Below are positions 1 to 9,694 of a stretch of DNA of 64,000 nt, one piece after another. The stretch is from an uncultured candidatus Brocadiaceae bacterium (GTDB lineage: Bacteria; Planctomycetota; UBA1135; UBA2386). The translations under genes were made by a program, and so were the position numbers. A model generated the notes under the pieces. That model saw only the letters and a list, made by a program, of their open reading frames with translations. It made no database searches and was not told where the DNA came from. Numbering within the stretch: position 1 is the first letter of the stretch; the number at the start of each line of letters is the position of its first letter. Where the stretch lies: assembly GCA_964418595.1 (NCBI GenBank), contig CAYQMF010000014.1:6775-70774 (forward strand), read 5' to 3'.

Positions 1-555
1 GGTGGAGGTCATCTCGAGGCCGTCGCCCCCATGGAAGGCCCAGATGTCGCCCTGGCCGTTGCGCCCATCGCCGTCGACGGTGTTGCACGTCACCCACATG
101 TCGATCGGGCCGGGCGCGTTCGGCGCCGTGTAGCCGTAGTCCCAGCGCCGGCCGTTCGAGGCGTGCGCGAACGTGTGCGTGATCGCCGTCCCCCCCAGGT
201 CGATGCGCGAGTTGGTGCCGGCGCTGAAGGTTCCGCCGCTCACGTCCGACGAGAACCCGCCCCAGTTGGCCACCTGCGGACGCCCGCCGGTGACGGTGGT
301 CGAGACGGAGATCGCCTGTCCCGGCGTGAGGGACCGCGCGCTGAGCGCCACGCGCACCGCGATCAGGTTGCCCCCCGGCGAGGTGCGATGGCACGCGCCA
401 CAGCCCGGCATCGCCTGGTTGACGTCCGGCGGCACGATGCCGGCGGTGCCGTTGAAGCCCGGGATCGCCCCCGTGCCGTACGACCACAGGGTGGACACCA
501 GCAACGCACCGACGGGAACGAGACTGAGTGACGCGAGGCGGAGGCGAAGGGTCAT
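1..555 (-). CDS. Secreted protein with CxxCH motif and Reeler/choice-of-anchor-V-like region; 3' end runs off the window
   Basis: Not in the ORF track. Manual translation from ATG at 555: MTLRLRLASLSLVPVGALLVSTLWSYGTGAIPGFNG...MPGCGACHRTSPGG...WDYGYTAPNAPGPIDMWVTCNTVDGDGRNGQGD, open to base 1; hydrophobic N-terminus. Confidence 0.7.
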   Translation of the reverse strand, partial: MTLRLRLASLSLVPVGALLVSTLWSYGTGAIPGFNGTAGIVPPDVNQAMPGCGACHRTSPGGNLIAVRVALSARSLTPGQAISVSTTVTGGRPQVANWGGFSSDVSGGTFSAGTNSRIDLGGTAITHTFAHASNGRRWDYGYTAPNAPGPIDMWVTCNTVDGDGRNGQGDIWAFHGGDGLEMTST

Positions 556-651
556 GGGCAAGTCCGCGGGCCGGTGGCCCGCGCATGCGGCAGGAGAGAG
601 GTGCCGGAGACTAGAGGTGGCGCCGGGGGGTGGAGATGAGCCGGCGCGATT

Positions 652-1014
652 TCACAACGGCGATACGTCCGCGGGCCGGTCGCCGTGCCGGACGACGACG
701 GTGGTGTAGATCCCCCCTCGCACGCTGAACTCCCCGCTCACCTCGAGCCAGCGCGGCGCGATCGCATCGACCAGATCGCCGAGGATCCGGTTGGTCACCG
801 CCTCGTGGAAGGCGCCCTGGTTGCGGAACGAGTGGAGGTACAGCTTCAGCGACTTCAACTCGACGCACAGCCGCTCCGGCACGTACCGCAGCGCGATGGT
901 GGCGAAGTCAGGTTGACCGGTCTTGGGGCACAGACAGGTGAACTCCGGGCAGCGGATCCTGATCTCGTAGTCGCGCTCCGGGTTGGGATTGGCGAAGGTC
1001 TCGAGGGCGGTCAT
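652..1014 (-). CDS. queF: preQ1 synthase (7-cyano-7-deazaguanine reductase), short type
   Basis: [10 protein letters not shown]...[17 protein letters not shown]...[21 protein letters not shown]...RGGI; ATG overlaps the upstream stop (ATGA). Confidence 0.95.
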   Translation of the reverse strand: MTALETFANPNPERDYEIRIRCPEFTCLCPKTGQPDFATIALRYVPERLCVELKSLKLYLHSFRNQGAFHEAVTNRILGDLVDAIAPRWLEVSGEFSVRGGIYTTVVVRHGDRPADVSPL

Positions 1015-2027
1015 GGGTTCGGGCGGGTCACGGCACCTTCCGGGGCGAACTGCATGCACACCGGACCGTCGCGATGATCGCACCGGCGCCGCCGGCAGGG
1101 AACACACGACGGCCCATCCCGGCGCACGAGGATGCGCGCCCGCGGCGGCGCCGTGCGCTCCGGATCCTGCGGCCCGTACAGCACGGTCACGTCCGCCCCG
1201 GCCGCCGCCAGGACATGGATCGGCCCCTGGTCTGGCCCCACCACCGCGCCCCCCGCGCGCGCGAGCAGGCCGCCCAGGGCGACGAGTCGGCGCACTTCGC
1301 CGCGCCCGTGTCGCAGCACCGCGAGTCCCGGGGGAAGCAGCATGCCCGCCGGCTCGTCCGGCCCCAGCAGGGTGAGCACTGGCCACGGAGAGGTCGCCGC
1401 CGCGCGCGCCGCCTGCGCGGCCGGCCAACTCCGGTTGTCGGCGGCATCGCCGAGGACATGGCACGCGAACGGCCGACCCGTGTCGATGCCGAGGCTCGCG
1501 AGCGCCTCTGCTTCGCGTGCCATCTCCGCCTCCGTGGCGACGACGCGCGGTGGAAGACCTGCCGCCGCATCACCGGCCACGCCCCCCGTCACCGCCCGCA
1601 CCACGGCGTGCGCGTTGCGCGCCGGATGCGGCACGCCTTCGCCGGGAACGAGCTCGTGCAACAACACGGCGCTGCGCGGCTCGCGTCGCCACGGACGATC
1701 GATTCCCACGCAACGCTTCGCACCCGACGCGCGCGCGATGGTCGCGCTCTTCCAGTTGGCCTGCAGGTCGAGCGCGAGGTCGAAGCGCATCGCACGCAGG
1801 CGTCGGACCGTGCGGAGGAAGCCCGCGAGCGCCGGACGCCGGACATGCGGAATCACGCTGGTGACGTGGGCGAGCCCGTGGAACAGCGGTGCATAGCCCG
1901 CCTGCACGACCACGTGCACCTCCCAATCGGGTCGACGTCGGGCCAGCGCCTCGATCGCGCCGAGCGCGTGCACGACGTCTCCCATGGCGGACAAGCGCAC
2001 GGCCAGCACGCGCGCGCCGCCCGCCAC
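1011..2027 (-). CDS. Glycosyltransferase family 9 (heptosyltransferase-like)
   Basis: [44 protein letters not shown]...VLYGP motifs. Confidence 0.9.
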   Translation of the reverse strand: MAGGARVLAVRLSAMGDVVHALGAIEALARRRPDWEVHVVVQAGYAPLFHGLAHVTSVIPHVRRPALAGFLRTVRRLRAMRFDLALDLQANWKSATIARASGAKRCVGIDRPWRREPRSAVLLHELVPGEGVPHPARNAHAVVRAVTGGVAGDAAAGLPPRVVATEAEMAREAEALASLGIDTGRPFACHVLGDAADNRSWPAAQAARAAATSPWPVLTLLGPDEPAGMLLPPGLAVLRHGRGEVRRLVALGGLLARAGGAVVGPDQGPIHVLAAAGADVTVLYGPQDPERTAPPRARILVRRDGPSCVPCRRRRCDHRDGPVCMQFAPEGAVTRPNP

Positions 2028-2028
2028 G

Positions 2029-3561
2029 TCAGCGCCGCTCCAGGAGGAGGAGATCGCGGCGCGGCAACTGGATGCGCACGCGCGTCACATAGTCCGCGAG
2101 GGGGACATCGACCCGTGCAACATGACGCCAGGCTTCCAGCGGCGCGGCGCCGGCCTCCATGAGCAGCCACCGCTGTGTGGGCGCGCGCCGGGCCAGCTCG
2201 TCGCCCGCGGGCAGGAGCCCTGCCTGCAGGACGACCTGGCTCGGCACGTGCAGGAACGTCCCGAGGTCGGTTGCACCGCGCGCGTCGATCGCCGCCGCCA
2301 ACACGCGTCCCGGGAGCGCGAAGCTGTCGCGATGGATCGCGCGGTGCTCCGCGACATCGGCCACCGTCGTCCACGTCGCGAGCGGTGAGAGCGCCATCAG
2401 GCCTACCACCAGCGTGCGGGGGGCCACGGGGTACGCGGTCAGCGCAGCGAGTGCAAACAAGACCGGCATCGCCGCCGAACCGTACCCGACCGGCAACCAC
2501 GGGACGATCGCGCCCCCTGCGGCGAACGTGACGCCGGCGACGCCGACCGCGACGCGCGTCGACCGCGCGAGGGTCGCCATCCGCGCGAACGCCACCACCG
2601 ACGGGCTCACCGCGACCACGAACAACGGCACCGCGGGCAGGAGGTAGCGCGCCGGACGCGCCGGAAAGAAGATCAGCATGAGGACCGCGCCGAACGCGGC
2701 CGCGGCGCTCATCCGCACGAACAGCTCCGGCGCATCCGGCGTCGCGGCACGTTCGCCCCGGTACTCGTGGAAGAGGAAGAAGCCGAAGGGCAACGAGAGG
2801 AGCACGGCGCGTGCGAGGAACAACGGCACTTCGAGCAGGTCGCCCCACGCGAACAGCCCGACGCGGCCGACGCTCTCGACCACCGCCGCATCCAGCAGGG
2901 CGTCGGTCACCGCGCTGCCATGGAGGACGGCCCACAGCCAGGCTGCCGGAAGCGGCACCATGCCGAGCAACGCCCACCACAGACCCTGCACGCGCCGGCG
3001 ACGCAGCCACACGAGCAGCGAACCGGCGAAGAACAGCAGATACGGCGGCCCCTTCGCCAGGAGCGCCATCCCGCCCAGCAGTCCGCCGGCGAGGAGGTAG
3101 GACCCGCGGGAGAACGCCACGCCGTGCGCGATGCAGAGCAGCGACGCCGCCGTGAACGCCGCGAAGACCGGATCGATCTCGGCGCGCGGCGCCAGGACGG
3201 CGACGAGGGGCGCCGTGAGGATGCCGAGGCCGGCCGCCCATGCGGCAGCGTTGCCGTGCGAGCGCGCCACCAGGCCGTGCGCAAGGCGCGCGAGCGCCGC
3301 GAACAGGACCACGGGCGGCGCGCGCAGGAGCCAGATCGGCGCGCCACACGTGTCGACGAGCGCCGCGAGCATCCAGTAGTGCAGCGGCGGCTTGACCAGC
3401 GTGGGCTCGAAGCCGTGCGTCGGCACGAACCAGCTGCCGGTCGCCAGCATCTCGCTCGCGATCTGCACCCGCCGCGCCTCCGTCCCGGTCCAATCGCCGG
3501 GATGGAAGAGGCCCGGCGCCATCACCGCGACGGCGATGGCGAGGTACAGCAGACTCAGCAT
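2029..3561 (-). CDS. ArnT/PMT-like GT-C membrane glycosyltransferase
   Basis: Start refined to MLSLLYLA; EARRVQIASEML...KPPLHYW, LAKGP motifs; many TM segments; follows a GT2 gene. Confidence 0.85.
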   Translation of the reverse strand: MLSLLYLAIAVAVMAPGLFHPGDWTGTEARRVQIASEMLATGSWFVPTHGFEPTLVKPPLHYWMLAALVDTCGAPIWLLRAPPVVLFAALARLAHGLVARSHGNAAAWAAGLGILTAPLVAVLAPRAEIDPVFAAFTAASLLCIAHGVAFSRGSYLLAGGLLGGMALLAKGPPYLLFFAGSLLVWLRRRRVQGLWWALLGMVPLPAAWLWAVLHGSAVTDALLDAAVVESVGRVGLFAWGDLLEVPLFLARAVLLSLPFGFFLFHEYRGERAATPDAPELFVRMSAAAAFGAVLMLIFFPARPARYLLPAVPLFVVAVSPSVVAFARMATLARSTRVAVGVAGVTFAAGGAIVPWLPVGYGSAAMPVLFALAALTAYPVAPRTLVVGLMALSPLATWTTVADVAEHRAIHRDSFALPGRVLAAAIDARGATDLGTFLHVPSQVVLQAGLLPAGDELARRAPTQRWLLMEAGAAPLEAWRHVARVDVPLADYVTRVRIQLPRRDLLLLERR

Positions 3562-4298
3562 TCCGCCTGCACCTTCGGGTCGATCCGGCGCCGTCGGTAC
3601 CAGCGGATCGCGAAGCAGTCGGCGAGGCCGCGCAGCGCGCGATTGCCGATGCCGTACTTGGCGGTGCCGGCGCCGCGCGGCCGATGGTTCACCGGCTCCT
3701 CGCGGATGCGCAAGCCGGCGAAGCGCATGAGCGTCGGCATGAAGCGGTGCATGCCGTTGAAGCGCGGCGCCACGAGGAACGCCCGCCGCGGCAGGATCTT
3801 GATCCCGCACGCGGCATCGACCACGCGGTCGCCGGTGATGAGGTTGCGCACGCCGTTGCCGATCCGCGAACTCACCTTACGGACCCAGGTGTCCTGCCGC
3901 TTCACGCGCACGCCGGTGACGCCGTCGCAGGTCCCGCCCTCGACCAGGGCCAGCAGGCGCGGCAGGTCGGCGGGATCGTTCTGCATGTCGCCGTCGAGGG
4001 TCGCGATCAGCGGCGCGCGCGCGTGCTCGACTCCGGCGAGGACCGCCCCGCTCTGGCCGCTCTGACTGGCCAGCCGCAGGATCCGCAACCACGCGCGCTC
4101 CCCCGCCGCCTTGAAGGCCTGCAGGCGCGCCAGGGTGTCGTCGCTGCTGCAGTCGTCGACCACCAGGACCTCGAACGGTGCGACGGCCGAAAGCGCAGTC
4201 TCGACCTCCGTGAGCAGCGGCGCCACGTTTTCGGCCTCGCGATGCATGGGGATCACCAGCGAGAAGCGAGGCGTCGGGTCGGGACTCTTCTGTGCCAT
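3555..4298 (-). CDS. Glycosyltransferase family 2 (polyprenol-phosphate glycosyltransferase, ArnC/DPM1-like)
   Basis: SLVIPMHRE, VVDDCSSD, GQSGA, TLDGDMQNDP, NHRPR..G..KYG motifs. Confidence 0.92.
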   Translation of the reverse strand: MAQKSPDPTPRFSLVIPMHREAENVAPLLTEVETALSAVAPFEVLVVDDCSSDDTLARLQAFKAAGERAWLRILRLASQSGQSGAVLAGVEHARAPLIATLDGDMQNDPADLPRLLALVEGGTCDGVTGVRVKRQDTWVRKVSSRIGNGVRNLITGDRVVDAACGIKILPRRAFLVAPRFNGMHRFMPTLMRFAGLRIREEPVNHRPRGAGTAKYGIGNRALRGLADCFAIRWYRRRRIDPKVQAEC

Positions 4299-4337
4299 GC
4301 GGGGCTGCTTGCTACCGGATCGGGTCGACGAGGCAAC

Positions 4338-4988
4338 TCAACGCGCGCGTTCCGCGGCGATGCGGCGCTTGCTCGCGGCCCACGCGCAGATCGGACAGCG
4401 GCTGAGGTCGTGCCGCAAGGCTGGGCAGTGCTCGCGCCCGAACCAGATCATCTGCAGGTGGGTACGGATCCACGCGTCGCGCGGGAAGACCCGCTTCAGA
4501 TCGGCTTCGGTCTTGCCGACGTTCGTGCCGTCCGACAGCCCCCACCGCGCCGCCAGCCGATGGATGTGGGTGTCCACCGGAAACGTCGGAACCCCGAACG
4601 CCTGCGCCATCACCACGCTGGCGGTCTTGTGCCCGACCCCGGGGAGCGCTTCGAGCGCGGCGAGATCCGCCGGCACCACCCCGCCGTGCGTGTCGCACAG
4701 GATCTTCGCCAGCGCGGCGATGTTGCGCGCCTTGGTGGGCGCGAGCCCGCAGGTCTTGATGTGGGCGAGGATCGCGGGCACGCCGAGGCGCGCCATCGCT
4801 GCGGGCGTCGGCGCCGCGGCGAACAGCGCCGGGGTCACGAGGTTGACGCGCGCGTCGGTGGTCTGCGCGGAGAGCAGGACCGCGACCAGGAGGGAGAACG
4901 GGTCGTGGTGCGCGAGCGGGATCGGCGGCTCGGGATGGAGCTCGTCGAGGACCACGCGGACACGGGCTGCCTTGGTGACGCGATCCAT
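4338..4988 (-). CDS. nth: Endonuclease III
   Basis: LLVAVLLSAQTTD, HhH LPGVGHKTA, VDTH, Fe-S motif CPALRHDLSRCPIC. Confidence 0.95.
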   Translation of the reverse strand: MDRVTKAARVRVVLDELHPEPPIPLAHHDPFSLLVAVLLSAQTTDARVNLVTPALFAAAPTPAAMARLGVPAILAHIKTCGLAPTKARNIAALAKILCDTHGGVVPADLAALEALPGVGHKTASVVMAQAFGVPTFPVDTHIHRLAARWGLSDGTNVGKTEADLKRVFPRDAWIRTHLQMIWFGREHCPALRHDLSRCPICAWAASKRRIAAERAR

Positions 4989-5164
4989 GCGGAAACGACG
5001 CGCACCATCCGATCGTGGCGCACGCGCGAGGCAAGGAGGAATCTCAGCGGGCGCCGTTGTCTCTGCAGGCGACTACTGCTCCCGCTCGCAACGGAAGAAC
5101 CCGCACACCTCGCGTTGATTCGCGGGAGTGGTAGATCAGGCCGCATCCGCTAGGGTCGAAAGGC

Positions 5165-5750
5165 ATGGCAGCGCCCGAGAATCGCCCCACTCTGCAGCGG
5201 CGCATCGGCCGTGCCGGCTTCTTCGCGCTCGCCTTCGGCTCGATGATCGGCGTCGGCTGGGTCACCGCGCTGGGCGGCTGGCTCACCGCGGCCGGACCCC
5301 TGGGCGCCGTGCTCGGCTTCGCCGCCGGCGGCCTGCTGATGGTCTGCATCGCCGTCCTGCTCAGTGGAGCCATCACCATCGGCGGCGCCCTGCTCGGGCG
5401 CGGCGCGATGGTCGCCTTCATCGACGTGGGGTCGTTCTGCATCGCACTCGCGCTCCTCGGCGTGACGGCGTCGGCCACGCGCCTGCGCCGCACGGCCCGC
5501 GATCGCGGGCGGCCGTACCGCATGCTGGTGGGACCGCTCACCGCGGTGGCCACGCTCGGCGCCCTGCTCATCCTCGTGGTCATGGTCGTGCCCGGGTCAG
5601 GGGTCTCGCTCGTGTGGCCGCTGGAGTGGATCCTGCTGGGCGGCGTGGTTGCCCTCGGCGCGCTCCTCTGGCACCTCGGTCGCGGGCAACGTGCGGGCGC
5701 CGACGAAGCGACCCGCGCCCACCTCGCGCTGGGCGACTACGGCGGCGGGA
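5165..5750 (+). pseudogene. APC-family amino acid permease with large internal in-frame deletion and lost stop codon
   Basis: N-terminal FGSMIGVGW (TM1) and TM2 join C-terminal TMs directly near 5351 (LLMVCIA|VLLSGAIT...RPYRM...LGDY); frame then runs on into antisense C45 sequence. Confidence 0.75.
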
Positions 5751-5751
5751 T

Positions 5752-5988
5752 CCGCGAGGCACGCGTGCAGTGCCGACTCGCGGGCGAGCGTGGCCGATGT
5801 CTCCGCGTGCCGTTCCCACTCGACCTCGCCCTGGTGGTTGGTCGCGACCGCGGTCGGGTGCACGACCGTCGGCCGATCGGGCGCCACGTGCACGGTGGCA
5901 CCGGCACCCGACGCGTCGAGGATCGAGATGTTGTAGCTCATGTGCGAAGGCACGCGCTCGAGCACGGCGACCGCGCGCGGCACAACCT
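5752..5988 (-). pseudogene. Internal fragment of a C45-family (Ntn hydrolase) peptidase/acyltransferase
   Basis: AVAVLERVPSHMSYNISILDASG...VHVAPDRP...VATNHQGEVEWERHA...T..RE; no native start or end; boundaries approximate. Confidence 0.6.
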
Positions 5989-6186
5989 CCCGACGTTCAT
6001 CACGCCGATGCCGCCGGCGAAGTCGATCCACTCCGCGCCGTCCATGCCGACGAGGCGCGCCCCGGAGGCACGCCCCGCCGTCGCCGCGCCGGCGAACTGG
6101 CCGACGCCCTTGGCCACCACGGCCGCGCGCCGCTCGACGAGAGCCGCCGCCTTGCTCGCGCCGCTCTTCTCAGTGCTCGTCACCAC
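5989..6186 (-). pseudogene. gabT: 5' fragment (about 66 codons) of 4-aminobutyrate aminotransferase
   Basis: Strong SD (AGGAGG) before GTG, directly after gabD; class III aminotransferase start ...DGAEWIDFAGGIGVMNVG, then similarity stops abruptly. Confidence 0.8.
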
Positions 6187-6218
6187 AGAAAGACCTCCTG
6201 GTCATTGGGCACCGCGGT

Positions 6219-7652
6219 TCACAGGGACCACGACACGTACTTCACTTCCAGATACTCGTGCATCACGTAGCTGCCGCCCTCGCGGCCGAAACCCGACTGC
6301 TTCATGCCGCCGAACGGCGCCTGCGCCACGGACGGCGCCCCGTCGTTGGCACCGATGATGCCGAAGTCGAGGCCCTCGGCCACGCGCATGAGCCGCGCGG
6401 CGTCACGGGTGTAGAAGTAAGCCGCAAGACCGAAGGGCGAATCGTTCGCCCACTCGAGGACTTCTGCGTCCGTACGGAAGCGACGCAGCGGGCTCACGGG
6501 CCCGAAGGTCTCTTCTCGGCTGACGAGCATGTCGGGCTGCACGTCGTCCAGCACCGTCGGTGCATAGAAGCGATCGGCACACCCCGCCACTCTCACCCGC
6601 GACCCACCGTAGCGGATTCGCGCGCCGCGTTGAACCGCGTCTTTCACGTGTGCCTCGACCTTCGCCATGGCGGAATCGTCGATCAACGGACCGACATGCA
6701 CACCGTCGTCGGCACCGCGACCCACGCGCAGATCTCCGACTGCGGCGACGAGGCGCGCGGCGAAGTCTTCGTACACGTCTTCGTGCACGAAGAAGCGGTT
6801 CGGGCAGATGCAGGTCTGGCCCATGTTGCGGTACTTGCTGGCCAGCGCGCCGGCCACCGCCGCATCGAGATCGGCATCGGCGAACACGAGGAACGGTGCG
6901 TGCCCGCCGAGCTCGAGCGACAGCCGCGTGATGTTGTGGGCGGCTTTGCGCATGAGGATGCGCCCCACCTCGGTCGAGCCCGTGAACGACAGCTTGCGCA
7001 CCGTCGGGTTCGTCAGCAGCTCTTCGCCGATCGCAGCAGCGTCGCCAGTGACGAAGTTGACGACGCCGGCCGGGATCTCCGCCTCTTCGCACAGCGCCCC
7101 GAGCGCCAGCGCGCTGATCGGGGTCTGCTCCGCGGGCTTGATGACCATGGAGCAGCCGGCGGCCAGCGCCGGGCCGAGCTTGCGCGTGATCATCGCGATC
7201 GGGAAGTTCCAGGGCGTGATCGCCGCAGTGACACCGACCGGCTGCCGCAGCACGAGGATCCGCTTGTCCGGGTGACCTGCGGGCAGCGTCTCGCCGGCGA
7301 CGCGCTTGCCTTCCTCCGCCGCCCAGTCGACGAACGACGCCGCGTACGCGATCTCGCCGCGGGCCTCGGCGAGCGGCTTGCCCTGCTCCGAGGTGAGGAT
7401 GCGCGCCAGGTCCTCGCGCCGCGCGAGCATCAGGTCGGCTAGACGGCGCAGGCGCTTGCCGCGGTCGGCCGCGGTGCGGCGTCGCCAGTCGGGCAGGGCC
7501 GCGGCGGCGGCCTCGATGGCGGCGCGTGCCTCGCCTCCGCCACCGGCCGGCACCTGGGCCAGCTCCTTGCCGGTCGCCGGGTCTTGCACCGCGAACGTGG
7601 CGCCTGTCCGCGCGCCGACCCACCGGCCGGCGATCAGGTTTTGAGTCTGCAT
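6219..7652 (-). CDS. gabD: NAD(P)-dependent succinate-semialdehyde dehydrogenase
   Basis: Start MQTQNLIAG; ITPWNFP, SFTGST, LELGGHAP, RNMGQTC, EETFGP, PFGGMKQSGFGREG; upstream of the gabT remnant. Confidence 0.92.
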   Translation of the reverse strand: MQTQNLIAGRWVGARTGATFAVQDPATGKELAQVPAGGGGEARAAIEAAAAALPDWRRRTAADRGKRLRRLADLMLARREDLARILTSEQGKPLAEARGEIAYAASFVDWAAEEGKRVAGETLPAGHPDKRILVLRQPVGVTAAITPWNFPIAMITRKLGPALAAGCSMVIKPAEQTPISALALGALCEEAEIPAGVVNFVTGDAAAIGEELLTNPTVRKLSFTGSTEVGRILMRKAAHNITRLSLELGGHAPFLVFADADLDAAVAGALASKYRNMGQTCICPNRFFVHEDVYEDFAARLVAAVGDLRVGRGADDGVHVGPLIDDSAMAKVEAHVKDAVQRGARIRYGGSRVRVAGCADRFYAPTVLDDVQPDMLVSREETFGPVSPLRRFRTDAEVLEWANDSPFGLAAYFYTRDAARLMRVAEGLDFGIIGANDGAPSVAQAPFGGMKQSGFGREGGSYVMHEYLEVKYVSWSL

Positions 7653-7713
7653 CGCGCCATGGTAGCCCTCACGTCGGGCAATCCCCGACGCTGTTTCGCG
7701 CGCTGCGATGTCG

Positions 7714-9648
7714 CTAGGGCAACGCTTCGATCGCCACGCCGAACAGCTCGCGCACTCGCGCTGCACACCACAGCAGAGCCATCGGCAGGGTCCAGATCGT
7801 GCCCAACAGGGACCACGCGAGGGGCAGGCGCGGGAAGTGGAACTCGGGTCGCGCACCGAAGAACCAGCCGATGCGATTGCCGAGGCTGCCGAAGCGGATC
7901 CGTACCGTGTGGAAGGCGCCGACCACGAAGTCGGCGCGGTAGAGCACACCGCCGAGCAGGTTCACCGCGCGTCCGGCGTGCGTGCGGAAGTCCGCGATCA
8001 ACTTCTCCGCCGCCGCGTCAGCGTGCTCGACGAGCGCGGGATCCTGGATCGTCGAACGCGTCGCGGTCCCGGTCGGCGTTCGATCTTCGACGATCGAGCG
8101 CTGCACGAAGGCCCGCTCGAGCGCATCTTCGACCAGCTCTGGTGTTCCGACGTGCGGCGCAACCACGGCCGGGAGCAGCCGACGCCAGCCGGTGACCAGC
8201 GCGCGCGGGCATTCCAGCCGGCCGGAGCCGGAGCACGTCGTGCAGGTCCGCCATACGGTCCTCGATCGGGTGACGGACTGCCCGTTCTGGTGCTCGGTGT
8301 ATGTCTCGGTGGTCTGGATCTGGCCGCTGCCGCCGCACGACCCGCACGAGCAGACGATGTTCCACCCGGAGGCCAAGGGAAGCGCGTCGTCCCAGTTCAC
8401 GAAGCCTTGGGGAGGACGGATGGGAAACAGGGTCTCGTCCCACACCGGCACCGTCGGACCCCCGAGCGGCAGCGATGTCGGCCAGCCGCTGAGGGTGACC
8501 ACCCAGCGGTCCACGGTCAGGAAGCGCAGAAGGGCCGTGTCGCAGCGCACGTGATCGAGTTGCCCCACGCGCAGGAACCGACCGAAACGGCGCGCGACGA
8601 GCGCGCCCGCCTCGGCGAGGTTCTCGGCACCCTGCGACACGCGCCGCTCGCGCTCCGCGAGATCGAGCGTCGGCAGCGTACAGCCGGCGTCCCTGGCGAG
8701 TTGCGTCAGGAACGGCACGGCATCGGCAATCGCCACTTCGATCGGATCGACCGCGCGCTGCCGGACGACGACGCGGCGAGCGGCGCGCAGATCGACGATC
8801 ATGCGCCACACGACGATCGCGCCGGCCAGCATCGCCCCCACGACGGCACCCTCGACGCCGGCGAAGCGCGCGACGCCGGTCAGGGCGACCGCGGCAACGA
8901 CCGACAGCAACACGAGCCGCACCGGGAACCGCGTCACGAGGTAGTGGCGGTCGGCGGCGGCGAGCGCAAGGAACGCGCTCGCCCCGACCCAGACCATTCC
9001 CAGCGCCGGCGTTGCCGAAAGCCAGTCGTCGAACAGCGGCGCGTGCGAGACCACGTCGAGTTCGGTGATCCGATCCGCGCACGCGAACCGGAGCACGATG
9101 GCAGCGATCAGCGCGAGCGCCACGAGCGCCCGCACCCAGAGACCGAGGCGCCAACCCGCCCCCGCCCGATGCGGGAAGCGTTCGTGGCCCAGCTCGGCGA
9201 GGGCCGGCGCTTCGATCCCGTGCCCGGACGAGGTCAGCGCGCAATCCACACGCGGGGGAACTCCCCGCGCCGTTTGGACCACGTTGTGCGACCACGCCCG
9301 CCGGATCCCATGCAGCACCAGTGCCCCGATCGTCGCCGCCACGCAGGTGACGATGCCGGGGACGTCCCAACGATCGGCGTTGCTCTTCGCCTCGATGATC
9401 CGGCCCACGCTGCGCAGGGCGAAGAAGACCGCTGCCCCGAACGCGAGCCAGAGCGCCAGGAGAACGCTGCCGATGACTGCTCGGGCCGGGATCACCTCGT
9501 AGCAACGGGTCCGCCAGAGCTCGGCCGGCGTCGCTCCCGCGAGCACTCGAGCCAGGACGCTGGTCGCCAACACCACGCCGAAGGGGACGAGCGCGATCGA
9601 AGGGTCACGGAGAAGGGCCGAGAGCGCCGAGTCGAGGTCTGCCAGCAC
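7714..9648 (-). CDS. Membrane protein with C-terminal CxxCxGxG zinc-finger/SSUH2-like domain
   Basis: Several N-terminal TM stretches, then VPVWD...CGSCGGSG...CTTCSGSG and a final hydrophobic tail; start refined to GTG 9648. Confidence 0.6.
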   Translation of the reverse strand: MLADLDSALSALLRDPSIALVPFGVVLATSVLARVLAGATPAELWRTRCYEVIPARAVIGSVLLALWLAFGAAVFFALRSVGRIIEAKSNADRWDVPGIVTCVAATIGALVLHGIRRAWSHNVVQTARGVPPRVDCALTSSGHGIEAPALAELGHERFPHRAGAGWRLGLWVRALVALALIAAIVLRFACADRITELDVVSHAPLFDDWLSATPALGMVWVGASAFLALAAADRHYLVTRFPVRLVLLSVVAAVALTGVARFAGVEGAVVGAMLAGAIVVWRMIVDLRAARRVVVRQRAVDPIEVAIADAVPFLTQLARDAGCTLPTLDLAERERRVSQGAENLAEAGALVARRFGRFLRVGQLDHVRCDTALLRFLTVDRWVVTLSGWPTSLPLGGPTVPVWDETLFPIRPPQGFVNWDDALPLASGWNIVCSCGSCGGSGQIQTTETYTEHQNGQSVTRSRTVWRTCTTCSGSGRLECPRALVTGWRRLLPAVVAPHVGTPELVEDALERAFVQRSIVEDRTPTGTATRSTIQDPALVEHADAAAEKLIADFRTHAGRAVNLLGGVLYRADFVVGAFHTVRIRFGSLGNRIGWFFGARPEFHFPRLPLAWSLLGTIWTLPMALLWCAARVRELFGVAIEALP

Positions 9649-9694
9649 GGCGCCCCTAGCGCCGGCCCGGCCGCCGCGTTGCACACCGGAGAGC

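Noticed and set aside
5040-5110. AACGGCGCCCG on the minus strand resembling the 3' end of an SAH riboswitch
   Set aside because: The matching upstream GAGCGCUG-type pairing segment is missing, and the downstream gene (nth) does not fit.
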